Of a stretch of DNA of 64,000 bases, positions 10,580-23,222 are shown in pieces. The DNA lies in assembly GCA_001661245.1 (NCBI GenBank), contig KV454016.1, forward strand, positions 371,381 to 435,380, read 5' to 3'. Within the stretch, counting starts at the first letter, position 1, and the number at the start of each line of letters is the position of its first letter. Source of the DNA: Pachysolen tannophilus NRRL Y-2460. Its lineage: Eukaryota. A program made the translations under genes and the position numbers. The notes beneath the pieces were generated by a model, which saw only the letters and a list, made by a program, of their open reading frames with translations, was not told the DNA's origin and did no database searches.

Positions 10580-13277
10580 GACTTAATAAATAAAATGACC
10601 AGCAGTTAGTATTATATGTTACAAAATTAAAATAAAAAGCTATGATGCTAATAAGATGCAAACCCCAAAATTAAAAGCAAATGAAGTATAAATGACAAAA
10701 AGAAAAAAAGAAAGAAAGGGCAAAAAAAAAAGCAGTGAGAATCAAGTTATGAATAATGCAATGGAAACAAACTTATGGGATTGATAGAAGGAATGAATAA
10801 AAGTTGGTTTTGTTTTACTTTTTCTTTTTTTTTCGTTTTAAAAAAATAATCTTAAATATTCGAATGGACCGAAAGCTTTAATTTAAATGAAACTGAAATT
10901 ATTTTTCTTTGCTTTGCTGGAATTGAAACAAATCAAATATTATTTCAAATTATCTTCTCTTGCAAAAAATGCAGAAAAAAAAAGTATGAAAAAGGGATGA
11001 TTTATTGAAAGGGATAACAACAATAAGCCCCGATACGATTTTTTTTCGAAACGTGAAAACTGATAAGTCAGATTAATACCGCTAAAACAACAACCGATAA
11101 CTTTAATAGAACTGACAACGACAATGATAGCTGATGGAAAAGGAAAAGACCCAAAGACAACATGCGACATTCAGAAATTGAACACGTTATATATCTTTTT
11201 GAATCTCTCAAGGTTGACTGTTCAAAAATGTATCATAAAACTATCATTGTATTAGAGTTCAGCTTTAATACCGCCTTTTTCGAAAACGCGATCCTCGAAA
11301 ATGCAGACATAAACAAATTAAATCTCTATTATGCACAGCTGCAAAAAATGTAACTTCCTAAAACGGAAATACTTTTTTTTTGCAAAAAGTCAAACGACCT
11401 TTTCGCGATTTTTTAGTGGTATTATTTATTTTTTCTTTTTTTTTTGCTTGTTTCGGCTAAACTTTATAGTTGGTGGGACGTAAATATTGATGGTAGATTT
11501 AAAACAGGTATTAAACATTTTTATTTTCGTAATAATAGTATTGCAATGTATGTATTGGTCCTTCAATCATCCTATATTGTAGTTATTGATATATTCATTT
11601 CGCTGTAAAATGTTTGTGTAGTTCCATTTTGCTTTGCTTTGTAGTTTGAACGTATGTGTATATGTTTTCTCTTGAACTTTGTGACTGCTTTTTTTTTGTT
11701 TATTCCCTTTTTTTTTTTTTTTTTTTGCTTTATAAAACTTCATAAAAGAAAGTAGAGTTTTCATCTGAAAATAAAATAAAATATACGTACTTTGATTATA
11801 ATCTTCTTGTTTGCAAAGGAATTCTCTCTAGAACTAAAATTTCTTGGAAAAAAATTGAAACTGATTCAATAGAAAAAAAAAACAAAATAGTAATAATAAA
11901 AATAATAATGTTAAACACGCAAAGATACTAAAGGAATGTAAATAGTTGGGATCTCTGCTAAAAGAATGAACTTATTAAAAAAGACTGATAGTTTTGTTTA
12001 AAAAAAAATTATAGGTATAAAATATATTAAAAAAAAACTGGCCTGGGAAAACAAATGTTTTTATAATGGAGGTAGAAAAAAAATCAGGCTGCTTAACTAT
12101 TTATTTTCCCCAATTAACGTTTTACCGGGAAGTGTGTAGGGAAAAAAAGAAATCAAAACAGAACTTTTTAATTAGCTCGCCTTTTTTTTTTTTTTTTTAC
12201 TTTTTTTTTTATTTTATTTTCATGCGGCTGCAAGAAAATGCTGGCTTTCAAAGAATTTCCTAATTATTAATCACTATGGTTACTGGTATTGTTAAACCCC
12301 AAATAGGTAAAAGAAAAAAGCTTAATTTTAAACCAGCCCCAATTTTTGTATACAAATAAGAGAAAAAAATTTTTTTTTGTCGTTATTTCTTCTTATGCGG
12401 CTAAGATCTTATTGTGCGCTTAACTGTTCAAATGCAGATTTTTTTATTCGTTCTTATGTTCACGTAAAAATTTGTGCAATTTGTGCTTAGAAAATTATTC
12501 GGTTAACTTTCTTTTTTTCTTTGTTTTACATTCTTTCGCTCATTCGCTTATATGTGAAAATGTATGATTTTTTTTCATACATTTATCATTTGGTATTATT
12601 CATGATATATAGAAAATTACAAATCATATATTTATATATATATATATTTATATATCTATCGTAATTTTTGAACGTATACTTGTTCGGTTGAATTTAGCTA
12701 ATTAATTGCAGCATTAATTAGTTAAGTTACTAGTTTATGTTCTAACAACTGAAACAGAGTTAACCGTACTACAATTTTTAAGTTTTAGTGAAAAAAATTT
12801 TTTCTTTTTTTTTTTTTTTTTTTTTTTCTTCATTTCAAAACTGTCATGCCGATAGAATCTGTACTACATACATATACAGATTTTTCTTTTTATTAGATCA
12901 CTGGGTGATAAAAATTTTTATTGACAAATAGTAAAAGTACCTACCTGTAAGTAATTTAGTCGAATTGATTACGATTTAGAGTTAGAGCTAAATTGATCTG
13001 GATTTTATGAGATAAATTATCAAATAGATTTCTTTTTCAAAAAAAAAAAGAAAGAAAAAAGCAAAAAAAAAAAAAAATTAGTTTGTTAGATCTCAAGTCT
13101 GTATCATGAGTAATCAAAGATAAATTATTGCTTTCACTGCAGTATTGAATTATAATTATAAAATATTAAATCGCTAAAAAAGAAAAAAATAAAATAAAAT
13201 AAAAAATATATGTATGTTTTTTTTTTTTTTTTTTCTCTGTTTTACTTTGAAAAAAACTAAATAAGTTCGAGATTGCT

Positions 13278-14153
13278 TCATTCGATATGTTCCTTTGTCG
13301 ATCTTCTCCGAATTGCTTCAAAAACAGGGTTTAATTTAAACTTTATTCTAAAAGCAAATTCAATAATTGATCTGGGTAACCATGCAACAACTGTTGAAAC
13401 ATAAGTTGCCTTTGTACCCCTATAAACATTTAATGGATCAGATTTACTTAACATATCATCAACGACTTTACGTGCGAAAACATCAGGTTCCATTGGATGA
13501 TTTTTATCAGACATTTTCTTTCTTTCTTCAAAAGCTTCAAGAGTCTCTGGTAAATAATAATGTGATGTAGCTGGTAACAGCCTCTTATCGGCAATATTAG
13601 TATGAACACCACCTGTAACTATATTCAAGACTTTAACTCCAAAAGGCTGCAATTCTAAATGAAGCACAGAACAGTATTGATGAATTGCAGCTTTGGAAGC
13701 TGAATATATTGAACCCCAAGGAAAAGGAGCAATTCCTGCAAGGGATCCAGTGAATGCAACACAACCTTTAGCCTTGATCAATAAGGGAGCAAATTCTCTT
13801 GTCATTCTAATAGGAGCAAAAAAATTTACTGCAAAACATTTATAAACTGAATCATCATCAACATCTATTGCAGGCATGGTACAAGACAGACCAGCATTAT
13901 TATACAATAAATCCAATTTACCTCCAGTCTTATTAGAAATTAAATCTCTAACTTCTAAAACTTTTTCCAGATTTGTAACATCCAAAGAAATTGGTTCAAT
14001 ACCATATTCAACTAAATCTTTCATATTTTCAAAATTTCTTGCACATGCAAATACTTTAAAACCTCTTTGAGCTAATTCAATAGAAACAGCTTTACCAATA
14101 CCTGAAGATGCACCTGTCACCAAGGCATATTTTTGTTCCGTTTCTTGTGACAT
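13278..14153 (-). CDS. AYR1: NADPH-dependent 1-acyl-DHAP reductase (short-chain dehydrogenase)
   Basis: ALVTGASSGIG, LYNNAG, YSASKAAIHQY, TGGVHTNIADKR; first ATG at 14153. Confidence 0.92.
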   Translation of the reverse strand: MSQETEQKYALVTGASSGIGKAVSIELAQRGFKVFACARNFENMKDLVEYGIEPISLDVTNLEKVLEVRDLISNKTGGKLDLLYNNAGLSCTMPAIDVDDDSVYKCFAVNFFAPIRMTREFAPLLIKAKGCVAFTGSLAGIAPFPWGSIYSASKAAIHQYCSVLHLELQPFGVKVLNIVTGGVHTNIADKRLLPATSHYYLPETLEAFEERKKMSDKNHPMEPDVFARKVVDDMLSKSDPLNVYRGTKATYVSTVVAWLPRSIIEFAFRIKFKLNPVFEAIRRRSTKEHIE

Positions 14154-14634
14154 GATAACAGAAATTAAAAGCACAAAAAAAAAAAAAAGAAAAAGAGAAA
14201 AAAATAATTTAGGTGATGAATTGAATTCAAGAAATATAAAATAATTGATTACAGCAATGAATTAATTGTTGTAAGAACAACACCCAGTGTATCTAATCTA
14301 CCTTGTCCAAATATTAAACAAGTTGCACAACTAAACCTCAAATTTGATTTTAACTTCAATTTCAAATCAGCTAATTAAATACTTCAATCAAACTCTCCAA
14401 ATACCTACTCACTACCGTATCCAATCAATGGATCCAAATCCGTGGCAATTATTTTATAGATTAATTCGAATTGTAGCTATTTAATTGTTGTATTTTTAAA
14501 TAAATTAAGTGATGAGTTGCGGAACCGTTGATGATTTCAGACGACTCTTTTTTTTTTTCCTTCTTTTTTTTTTTAATTATGACCGCATTAAAAATTTCCA
14601 AAGCTATGAATGAGAGATATCTGTTTCTACATAG

Positions 14635-16032
14635 ATGAATGTTTTGAAGATTCTTTGTGGTGCAATGAAAAGATCGGTGATGGGTTCTCCAATAAATGTG
14701 ATATCGATAATAGGTACAACTGGTGTTGGTAAATCTCAGTTTAGTATAGAGTTAGCCAAAAGATATAATGGGGAAATTATCAATGCTGATTCTATGCAGA
14801 TGTATAAAAGATTGGATATTATAACTAATAAGCATCCGATAGAGGAAAGGGAAGGTATAGAACATCACGTTATGAATCATGTTGATTGGGATAAAGAGTA
14901 TGTGATTCATAGGTTTAGAGAAGAGGCGATGCTGAAGATAAAAGAGATTCATGAAAGAGGTAAGGTGCCCATTATTGTTGGTGGAACTCATTATTATTTA
15001 CAATCGTTATTGTTTAATAATAAGACTATAAAGACCAATGAGCAGATATTGGAAGAAGATGATGAGATGAGGAATTTGGAAAAAAAATTAACAAGGGAGG
15101 AGTTAAATATACTTAATGATTCTTCTCCTGCTGAACTATACAGTTATTTACAAAAAATTGATCCTATTGTATCTGAAAAATTTCATCCAAATGATTCAAG
15201 AAGGATTAAAAGATGTATTGAAATTTTTTTCCTTACAAAGAAAAGAGCTTCTGATTATTATGATGAACAACTGGCAAATAAAAAATTTGAATCAAGTTTA
15301 AATTTTAATACTTTAATATTTTGGTTATGGTCTGAACAAAGTGTCTTAGCTAAAAGGTTGGATGATAGAGTCGATAAGATGCTTGCAGAAGGTGGCATTG
15401 ATGAAATTAATGAACTATATAGGTACTATTCATCTTTAAAAGTTAAACCAGATTGTGAACACGGTGTTTTCCAAGTCATTGGTTTTAAAGAATTTTTACC
15501 CTGGTTAGATTCAAATAGTTTACAAGATGATTTATTTAAAAAATCCATAATGGATATGAAAACTAGAACTAGAAGGTACGCAAAGAGACAAGTTAAATGG
15601 ATAAAGAATTCATTAGCTAGAGATTTACTGAGCGAATCATTACATAATTTTTCTAATGGAGGTAAGATATATGTTTTAAATGCTACAGATTTACTGAATT
15701 GGAATGATGAGGTTTACCAAAGAGGTTCTTCAATAGCTAAAAAATTTTTATCATCAGATCTGGGACAAATATTGGAACCACAAACCCCGGAAGGTTTGGA
15801 AGATTTATTACCATCTTTTGAAAACAATGTTGATGATCATAGTATCCGCACACAAAACTGGAAACATTATGAATGTGACATATGTAAGGACGATAATGGG
15901 AAACCATTGGTATTTGTTGGAGAACAATATTCAATACATTTGAAAAGCAGAAAGCATAGATCGTATTTGAATAAGGGAAAGAAAAAAAGAGAATACGAAG
16001 AACGGTTAATGTCTAAAAGACAAACATTATAG
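14635..16032 (+). CDS. MOD5: tRNA dimethylallyltransferase
   Basis: GTTGVGKS, INADSMQMY, VGGTHYY, IGFKEFLPW, C-terminal zinc finger (CxxC...HLKSRKH). Confidence 0.96.
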   Translation: MNVLKILCGAMKRSVMGSPINVISIIGTTGVGKSQFSIELAKRYNGEIINADSMQMYKRLDIITNKHPIEEREGIEHHVMNHVDWDKEYVIHRFREEAMLKIKEIHERGKVPIIVGGTHYYLQSLLFNNKTIKTNEQILEEDDEMRNLEKKLTREELNILNDSSPAELYSYLQKIDPIVSEKFHPNDSRRIKRCIEIFFLTKKRASDYYDEQLANKKFESSLNFNTLIFWLWSEQSVLAKRLDDRVDKMLAEGGIDEINELYRYYSSLKVKPDCEHGVFQVIGFKEFLPWLDSNSLQDDLFKKSIMDMKTRTRRYAKRQVKWIKNSLARDLLSESLHNFSNGGKIYVLNATDLLNWNDEVYQRGSSIAKKFLSSDLGQILEPQTPEGLEDLLPSFENNVDDHSIRTQNWKHYECDICKDDNGKPLVFVGEQYSIHLKSRKHRSYLNKGKKKREYEERLMSKRQTL

Positions 16033-16123
16033 ATTTGATTAATAATACCTTTATATACAGCGTTACTTATATTCGTTAATTCCAATATTAATTGAAATGA
16101 AAATGAAAAAAAAAATTCTTTTA

Positions 16124-16532
16124 TCAAGAACTATTCCCCTTTCTTCTTTGTTCTAACTGTATTAATAAATGTATATATTTGTTAGTTATATGTTCGTTAT
16201 AGCTAACTAGTAAGCTAGTTCGTCAAAATTTTAACAATTATACTTACCCATTCTTTCTTACATTCCCTATAGGCCCTAAAATATTCACCACAAATCTGTT
16301 TATAATCATGATCATGATTCTCCATACACCTAATTGCCATCCTTGAAGTTTCACCACATGGATCATAATATTGAGAAGGCGCTTTCACAACAAATATATC
16401 TTTATGAACTTTTTGAGTTGGTTCATCAGGATAGTACTTGAAATCACCCTCATTGGTTGAACCTCTTGTGAAATCAACTTTTTTAGAATTCACATCATCC
16501 TTCTTGTTCTCTTGATTGTCCGAAGAACTCAT
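16124..16532 (-). CDS. COX23: twin CX9C mitochondrial IMS protein; exons 16532-16248 and 16156-16124
   Basis: YYPDEP, SQYYDPC...C...C.EYF.AYRECKKEW; intron 16247-16157 (GTAAGT...AACTAAC...CAG) adds LEQRRKGNSS*. Confidence 0.9.
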
Positions 16533-16676
16533 GATTACCTGGTATTAATCATATATTATTATATTTAATGAACATTATTAAACCTTACTATTTAATAAAA
16601 AAATTTTTTTTTTTTTCACTTTTTTATTTTCAGTTTCTTTTATATTTCAATACGAAATCATTGAAATATAACAACG

Positions 16677-18121
16677 ATGAGCTCTTCAACCACTAAGGCA
16701 GGAGCAGTGGTATGTTCTAGATGTAAAATTGAAGAGTCGCTATTGGTGACTAGAAAAGAGGCCTTTTGTTCAAGTTGCTTCACAAAGTTTATATCGAACA
16801 AGCAAAGAAAGTTAATGTCCAGTGATAAATTTAAAGTAAAATATGGCAAACAAGTGAATGAAATACATAAAGTTTTGCTCTGTTTATCCTTTGGTAGATC
16901 TTCTTTGGTGCTATTGGATATTATTATAAATTTATTGAAAGAACAAAGATCAATACATAGGGGAAGGCAAGGTTTTAAACTAGTAGTAGTACATATTCTT
17001 GATGATCATCATAGACTTGAATTTATAAAAGAAACCATTAAAAAGATTAATTTTTTTATAATTTAGGTGATGAAAAGATAGATATTGAATTTAAGATTTT
17101 GAATATAGATTCTTTTTTATCAGGATCTTATGATTTTGAGAGAATTAAATTGTTTAAAGATTTCAATTCAATGATTATTAAAGATGGATCATCACTTGAT
17201 GAAAAATTTCCTCAAACAGTACAAGAATTATTATCAAAATGTTCTAGTAATTCATCGGTTGAAGATTTACTTGATATTATTTATAATGAGTTGTATTTCA
17301 ATACATGTAAATCTGAGGACTGTCATACTATGATATTTGGTCATTCGATGACTAAATTAGCAGTTGATATTTTAGCTTTAACTATCAAGGGTAGAGGATC
17401 ATTAGTGAACCAAAGAGTGACAGATGGTATTCATACTTACCAGAAGTACCAGGTAGAGGTTGTGCATCCATTGAGAGATGTCTTGGATTCAGAAATCGAT
17501 AAGTATCTTGATTTGAATAATTTGATGCAGTTTTGCGATAATAATAACGATACCAATACTACTTTAGCTATAAAGAAATTAACAAAGAATATGACTATTG
17601 GTGAAATAACACGGCGGTATTTCGATACCCTCGATAAAGATTATTCTGAAACAGTCTCAACAGTGGTTAAAATTGGATCCAAATTAATAGATCCCATTTC
17701 TGAAAAAAATGATGAAAAAGATGACAACAATGGTATTCAGTTTTGTAAAATTTGCAATTGCAAGATATTTAAAAATCCTCAGGCTTGGCTCAATAGAATA
17801 ACTGTGGAGGAACCTTTTCCAATAACTAATGATGAAGAACGTGCTGCATATGAAATGTATAAAGAAGCAGCATTACAAATTTCACCAGATAATCTAGAAG
17901 AAGAAGAAGAAGAAGAAGAAGAAGAAGGTGTACCGCAGAAAGAACCTATATCTCTCTGCTACGGTTGTCTTGTTACCATAGGTGGAGTTCCAAAAGAAGG
18001 ACTCGACTGGCCAGTCAGAAACCAAGAAACACAAGAAATCTTGAATGAATATATTCTAACCGACAATGGAAGCGATGACGATGGTAACGATGATGATAAC
18101 GATGATGATGGTGGGAACTGA
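16677..18121 (+). CDS. NCS2: cytoplasmic tRNA 2-thiolation protein 2, split by a 1-nt frameshift at T7 (17051-17057)
   Basis: CxRC...RKEAFCxxCF, LSFGxSSLVLLD, FGHSMTKLA, KGRGS, HPLRDV, TVVKIGSKL, LCYGC; adding one T joins the two ORFs. Confidence 0.9.
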
Positions 18122-18426
18122 GCCAGAAGTCCTATCAGGCACAATCTTCTCCGCGGAGAAGAGTTTTTTGTATAGTAAATATCATCGCTGCAGTAAATAA
18201 AACGCCTCTAAATTTCTCCAAAACGGAAAACTTTCAGATTTAGAAGATCTTTTGAGGTTTCCTACTAGGAGACGGAGAAGATTTTGTTTTTGTAGTAATA
18301 ATTTAATTTCACATAGAATAAATAATGATAAATAGTGTTGTGTGTAAGCTTTGATTGATGGGTAATCATAATCTCTTTTTTCTTTTTTTCAGTAGGTAGA
18401 TGAGCTGTCATTGTGAATAGATTAGA

Positions 18427-21400
18427 ATGGAAGTGTATCCGATAGAATATACAGCTCAATTAGGTCCTTTGATTTTTGTTCAAGGTTTAGGGAAGGATGG
18501 TATACCTCAAGGTTCTACTAATAATTTGTTAAATCCTCCTCCATCGGCTCCAATAATAAATAATCCGTTGTTGATTGATGGTGAGCTTATAAGAAGGGAT
18601 TCACAGACGATTAGGTGTTCTTATGGGTTGGAATTGGTTTCATTGTTTAACCAATTTAATTTGGCAAATGATTGCATTTGGGATAATGATTTAGTAAGGT
18701 TTGGTACAAATAGCAATAGTATAAGTAGTGGTAGCGGTATAGCTACCACTAAGGCTACGCCTAGTGATGGGTTAAAATTTAGGTTTAAGTTTATTGATAG
18801 CGAATTATTACTACCTCAGCTGAAAGAATCTTCGGCTGCCAATTCTAGTGGTAGTAATAGTAATAATAATAGCAGCGCTACTAATTCTGAATCATTGGAG
18901 TCTGATGGGTCTAGTCCCGTTTCTTCGAAAACCACTTATTCTTCAAGTTTTGTATCTCCATTATCTCCATTCAATGAGAGTTCGGATTTGTATCCGGATG
19001 GGATACTCTCTGCCAACTGGATTCAAAAATATAGAGATATTACTCCTGCTGTCTTTGTAAGTGTTCATGAATTGGATGGTGATTTAACTGACAAAGAAGA
19101 GATTTCAAAATCTGACAATGAAATAATAAAAGAGATAAATTATCTTAAATTGCATTTTATTAAAAGGAATATCAAATTTCTCTCAATCGTAGTATGTTCG
19201 AGATCAATATTGATGAACCCAGAATTAAATGAAAGGATTAATAATTTAAGAAAAGCAACAAATTTAAATGCTAAAAATGGTTTATTATTTTTACCTTCAG
19301 GAACTGAAAAAGAATTAAAATTTTTTTTCAAAAATAATTTATTGACTTTATTACGATCACTTTCATTAGAATACTATAATTCCATTGAAAAGAAAATTAG
19401 AAAAAAAAATTTAAAGTTTTATCAACATTGAGTAATGCTGAAGATTTGAAAAATATTCCAAAAGAATTAATTCAACCATTTTATGAAGCTAGATATGATT
19501 TAAAATTATCTATAATTTCAGAATTAAAATTACAACATGAAAATTCTGTGAAATTATACGAATTAGCATATGTATCTATGGTTAAAATTTGTTCTACTAT
19601 ACCAATGAAACACACTAGATGGCAAGATTTAAGAATGTTATTAGATTATACTGCTTTCAACATTGTGAAGTTGTATTTATACTTACAAAATTGTAATTTG
19701 TCATATACAAAATTTGATATTCATATTCAAAACGTTTTGTTGTTTTTGAAAAAACATAATGTATCGATAAATAAAAATTATTGGGTAATAAGTTGGTTAA
19801 GCTACCAATTCCAATGGTTGGGAGAATTGTTAGAATTTGTGCCTGATGGAATAGTGCCTGTTGATAATGCTTTGTCTTTACGTAATTCCGATAATGATTT
19901 ACTACAAATGCCAAATGGCGGTTACATTTTTCTTCAGGCTAATTCGTTATTGAAAAGGCGTAAGATTCAAGCATCAAAATATCAAAATGGTAATAACAAG
20001 ATTGACATTGACGATACTTTTGATAGTTATCTATCATTGCTACCAGAGGATGAGGTTAAATTTGATTATTTTGCAAAATCCAATGATTTATTGGAGAAAT
20101 CACTCAGGTCTTTTAGTAGATCAGAATACCTCAAGTTTAATAGAACAATTATAAATATTCACTTGGAAATGGGTGAGAATTTTTTCCAGTTACAGAAATA
20201 TGAAATGTCTATCATTAATTTTGAAAAATGTTTGGAGTTGTTTAATTTGAATAACTTACAACTCAATTGGTATTATTTACTTTCCATAATATATTTAAGG
20301 CTTTACCAAAGTTATTACAAGATGGAGAAAAAAAAAGAAATAATTTTTTATTTATTGAAATTGAGTTCTTTAGAAGGTAAATATTCTCAAAATCATATGG
20401 AGGTTATGGAGTCAGAAACGAAATTTGATAAAAAATTTGCAGAACCTGTTGTGTTTGATGAGAAACAAAATTTTTTCACTGTTGAATTTTTATTTAAAGA
20501 ATCATCTACTCCAATATCTCTGTGTTCTAAATTTCAACTCAAGTTAACATCAAATTTGAATGAGCTATTAGGAACGGTAAAAGTCAAAGAGATTGTGATT
20601 ACTTTTAAAGATGATTTATTAATGCCTATCATCTTGAAACATTCAGAAGAAATGGAAATGAAGAAAATAGTTGACATTAATAATTTGAAAGAAGAACAAG
20701 ATACGAATTTACAAAAAAATGTATTAATTGGATACTTGAATTTAAATTTTTCTCTGACCGGAAATAAAAATATCAAGTATTTGCAATTTACAGATATAGT
20801 TACTACAAAACTTGGAACTACTTCTTTATTGGATATTGATTTATTAGTTTCTTATAAGGAGTTGGTTGAAGTAAAATTTAAGCCAGAGATACAATTGGAC
20901 AAGGTTTCAAATCGGTACGAATGGTTGATATTAGATAAAGACAATAATAGTAAGGATAATGAAAAAGATGACTACAACTTTAACACATTTTTTCTTAAAA
21001 AGAGACAAATAATTAAAACTTATGACCCTCTTTTCACCAGTATTGTACCCAGAAAACCTGATACAAAAATTTTATTAGACTATGATCATAATAGAGATCA
21101 TTTTTATATTGGAGAATTAATCCATTTCAATATTAGTGTGATTAACAATGATAGTGGGAATGTTAGTCTTAATTTGAAAAGTACTATCAATTTAAACGAT
21201 GAAAATGAAGATACTAACGTTGAGTCTTATTGGGAAGATTCAACAAGCGATGAAATATATTTGGAGTCATTAAAATCAAACAATTCCAAAGTTTCTAAGA
21301 AACTTTTCATTAAGATACCAAATATTCTTGAAAAAGACAAAAATTTTCTTCATTTAAAAATACTGATAAAATTTTTTGTTAATGATAATATGAATTTACC

Positions 21401-22331
21401 AGTTGAAGATTCAGTTGTTATTAAGAATATACCTATATTGAGGAAAATTTTCAATTTAACTTTTAGTGTTCTGCCAAGATATATTAAAGAAGATAATATG
21501 ATGCCTTCTCCATTTATAATACATGATGGAGATCTGAAGTTACCTAAACCTGTCAGATTATGGTGCGGTAAATCATCTATTAGAATCAATACCTTGGATA
21601 TAAAAGTTAAAGAAATTAAACTAGTTGTTAATACTTCAGATAATGATGAATATATTTGTGAATTAGTAGAAAATAATGATGATAATAATTTTAATGAAGA
21701 TGAACAACATACAATTATACATAAAAAAAATTTTAAAACTTTATCAAAAACAGGTAATATCCATCGAAATATTCCAATTGAAGCAAAGTTAATAATTTAT
21801 TGGAGTAGGAAATCTTTGAATGATGAAGAAGAAGAAGATGGAAACATTAACGAGTATTTTTCACCATTATGGAAAGTTTCTTTGCCTTTATCTGATCCAA
21901 GGGTCTTATTGAATATTAAAAAAATAATTGAAAATGGTAATGATAATATTTTAAATTTCAAATATATTTTAGAAAATCCAACTCCAAGGATATTTCAATT
22001 TTCCAGTTCCTTGATTTATTCAACTGATGTACAAGATGATGATGAAGGTAAAGAAAAAATACAGATGATTAGTGATCGAGGAGATGTTAAAAATCAAACT
22101 TTCCCTGTTCTACCATTTACTAGACAAGTCTTGAACTATTATGGTCTTATTATGAAAAATGACAAATTCAAAACAAAAGAAGGTAATAGCGATGATGATT
22201 GGATCAAATTACCTGTAGTTTTGAAAATTTATGATTTGAATTATAAGATTTATTTACCAACTTTAATTTCTAATGATTCTTTACAAATTGATCAAAATGG
22301 TGATGTTTTTTACAGATCACAATCACTATAA
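18427..22331 (+). CDS. TRAPPC11 (Foie gras/Gryzun) TRAPPIII subunit, split by a 1-nt frameshift at A9 (19401-19409)
   Basis: MEVYPxEY...PLIFVQGL start, SPLSPF...LYPDGILSxxWIxK, C-terminal DPRVLL...LENPT...LPFTR, all typical of fungal TRAPPC11; adding one A joins the ORFs. Confidence 0.8.
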
Positions 22332-22554
22332 AAATGAGATGGTAGAAGTTAAGATGTTTGAAAGCATTCCAATTATACAAATAATGATAAAATTTATTCA
22401 TTCATTCCATAATTGACATGGAATTAAATTATTTTAAAAAGTAAAAGTAAAAGTAAAGAAAAAAAAAAAAAAGCAACTAGTTGGTTGCTACAACTAACCT
22501 GAAAAATGAAAGTTTTTATTTTTTTATTTTTCAATCAAGTTTTTATTGATTTGA

Positions 22555-22985
22555 TTAATTAATTCCCAATAATTCAACTTCAAAAATCAATGTAGCATTT
22601 GGAGGAATCAATCCTGGAAATCCTCTACTTCCATAAGCCAATGGACCTGGAATTGTCAATCTTGCAACTTCACCAAGTGAAAGTTTTGGAATTGCTTCAT
22701 CCCAACCTTTAATAACTTGACCAACACCAATATTGGTTTGGAAAGGTTTACCTCTATCCCTTGAAGAATCAAACTTCTTACCATTCTCTAAAGTTCCAAC
22801 ATAATGAATTGATACTAAATCACCAGTCTTTGGGAAAGTTTTACCATCACCTTTAATAAATTTCAAAAAAAAAAAAAAAAAAACCCCATTAAAGTTAATT
22901 TATTGGCCTATTTTCTCCACAATACATAAAAAAAAAAACATTACTACTCACCTGGTGTAATTCTTTGAATTTCAACTTGAGACAT
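22555..22985 (-). CDS. FPR1: FKBP12 peptidyl-prolyl isomerase; exons 22985-22952 and 22850-22555
   Basis: [64 protein letters not shown]; 101-nt intron GTGAGT...AATTAAC...AAG. Confidence 0.96.
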
Positions 22986-23222
22986 TCTAAACGAGTTATT
23001 AAAAAAAGATCTGCTTGTTCCTAAGTTTAAGCAACGATTACTTATAATTGATTTCCTAACAGAAGAAATAAACATTCATAAATTAATTTTAATAGAATTA
23101 TTATTAACTCTTTATATATATATATATTAATATTAATATTGAACTAGTTTTATTACTATTAAAGAACAAAAGAAAAAATTTTTTTTCAATTCATTTCAGG
23201 TCGTGCGCGTAAAACGAGAATC

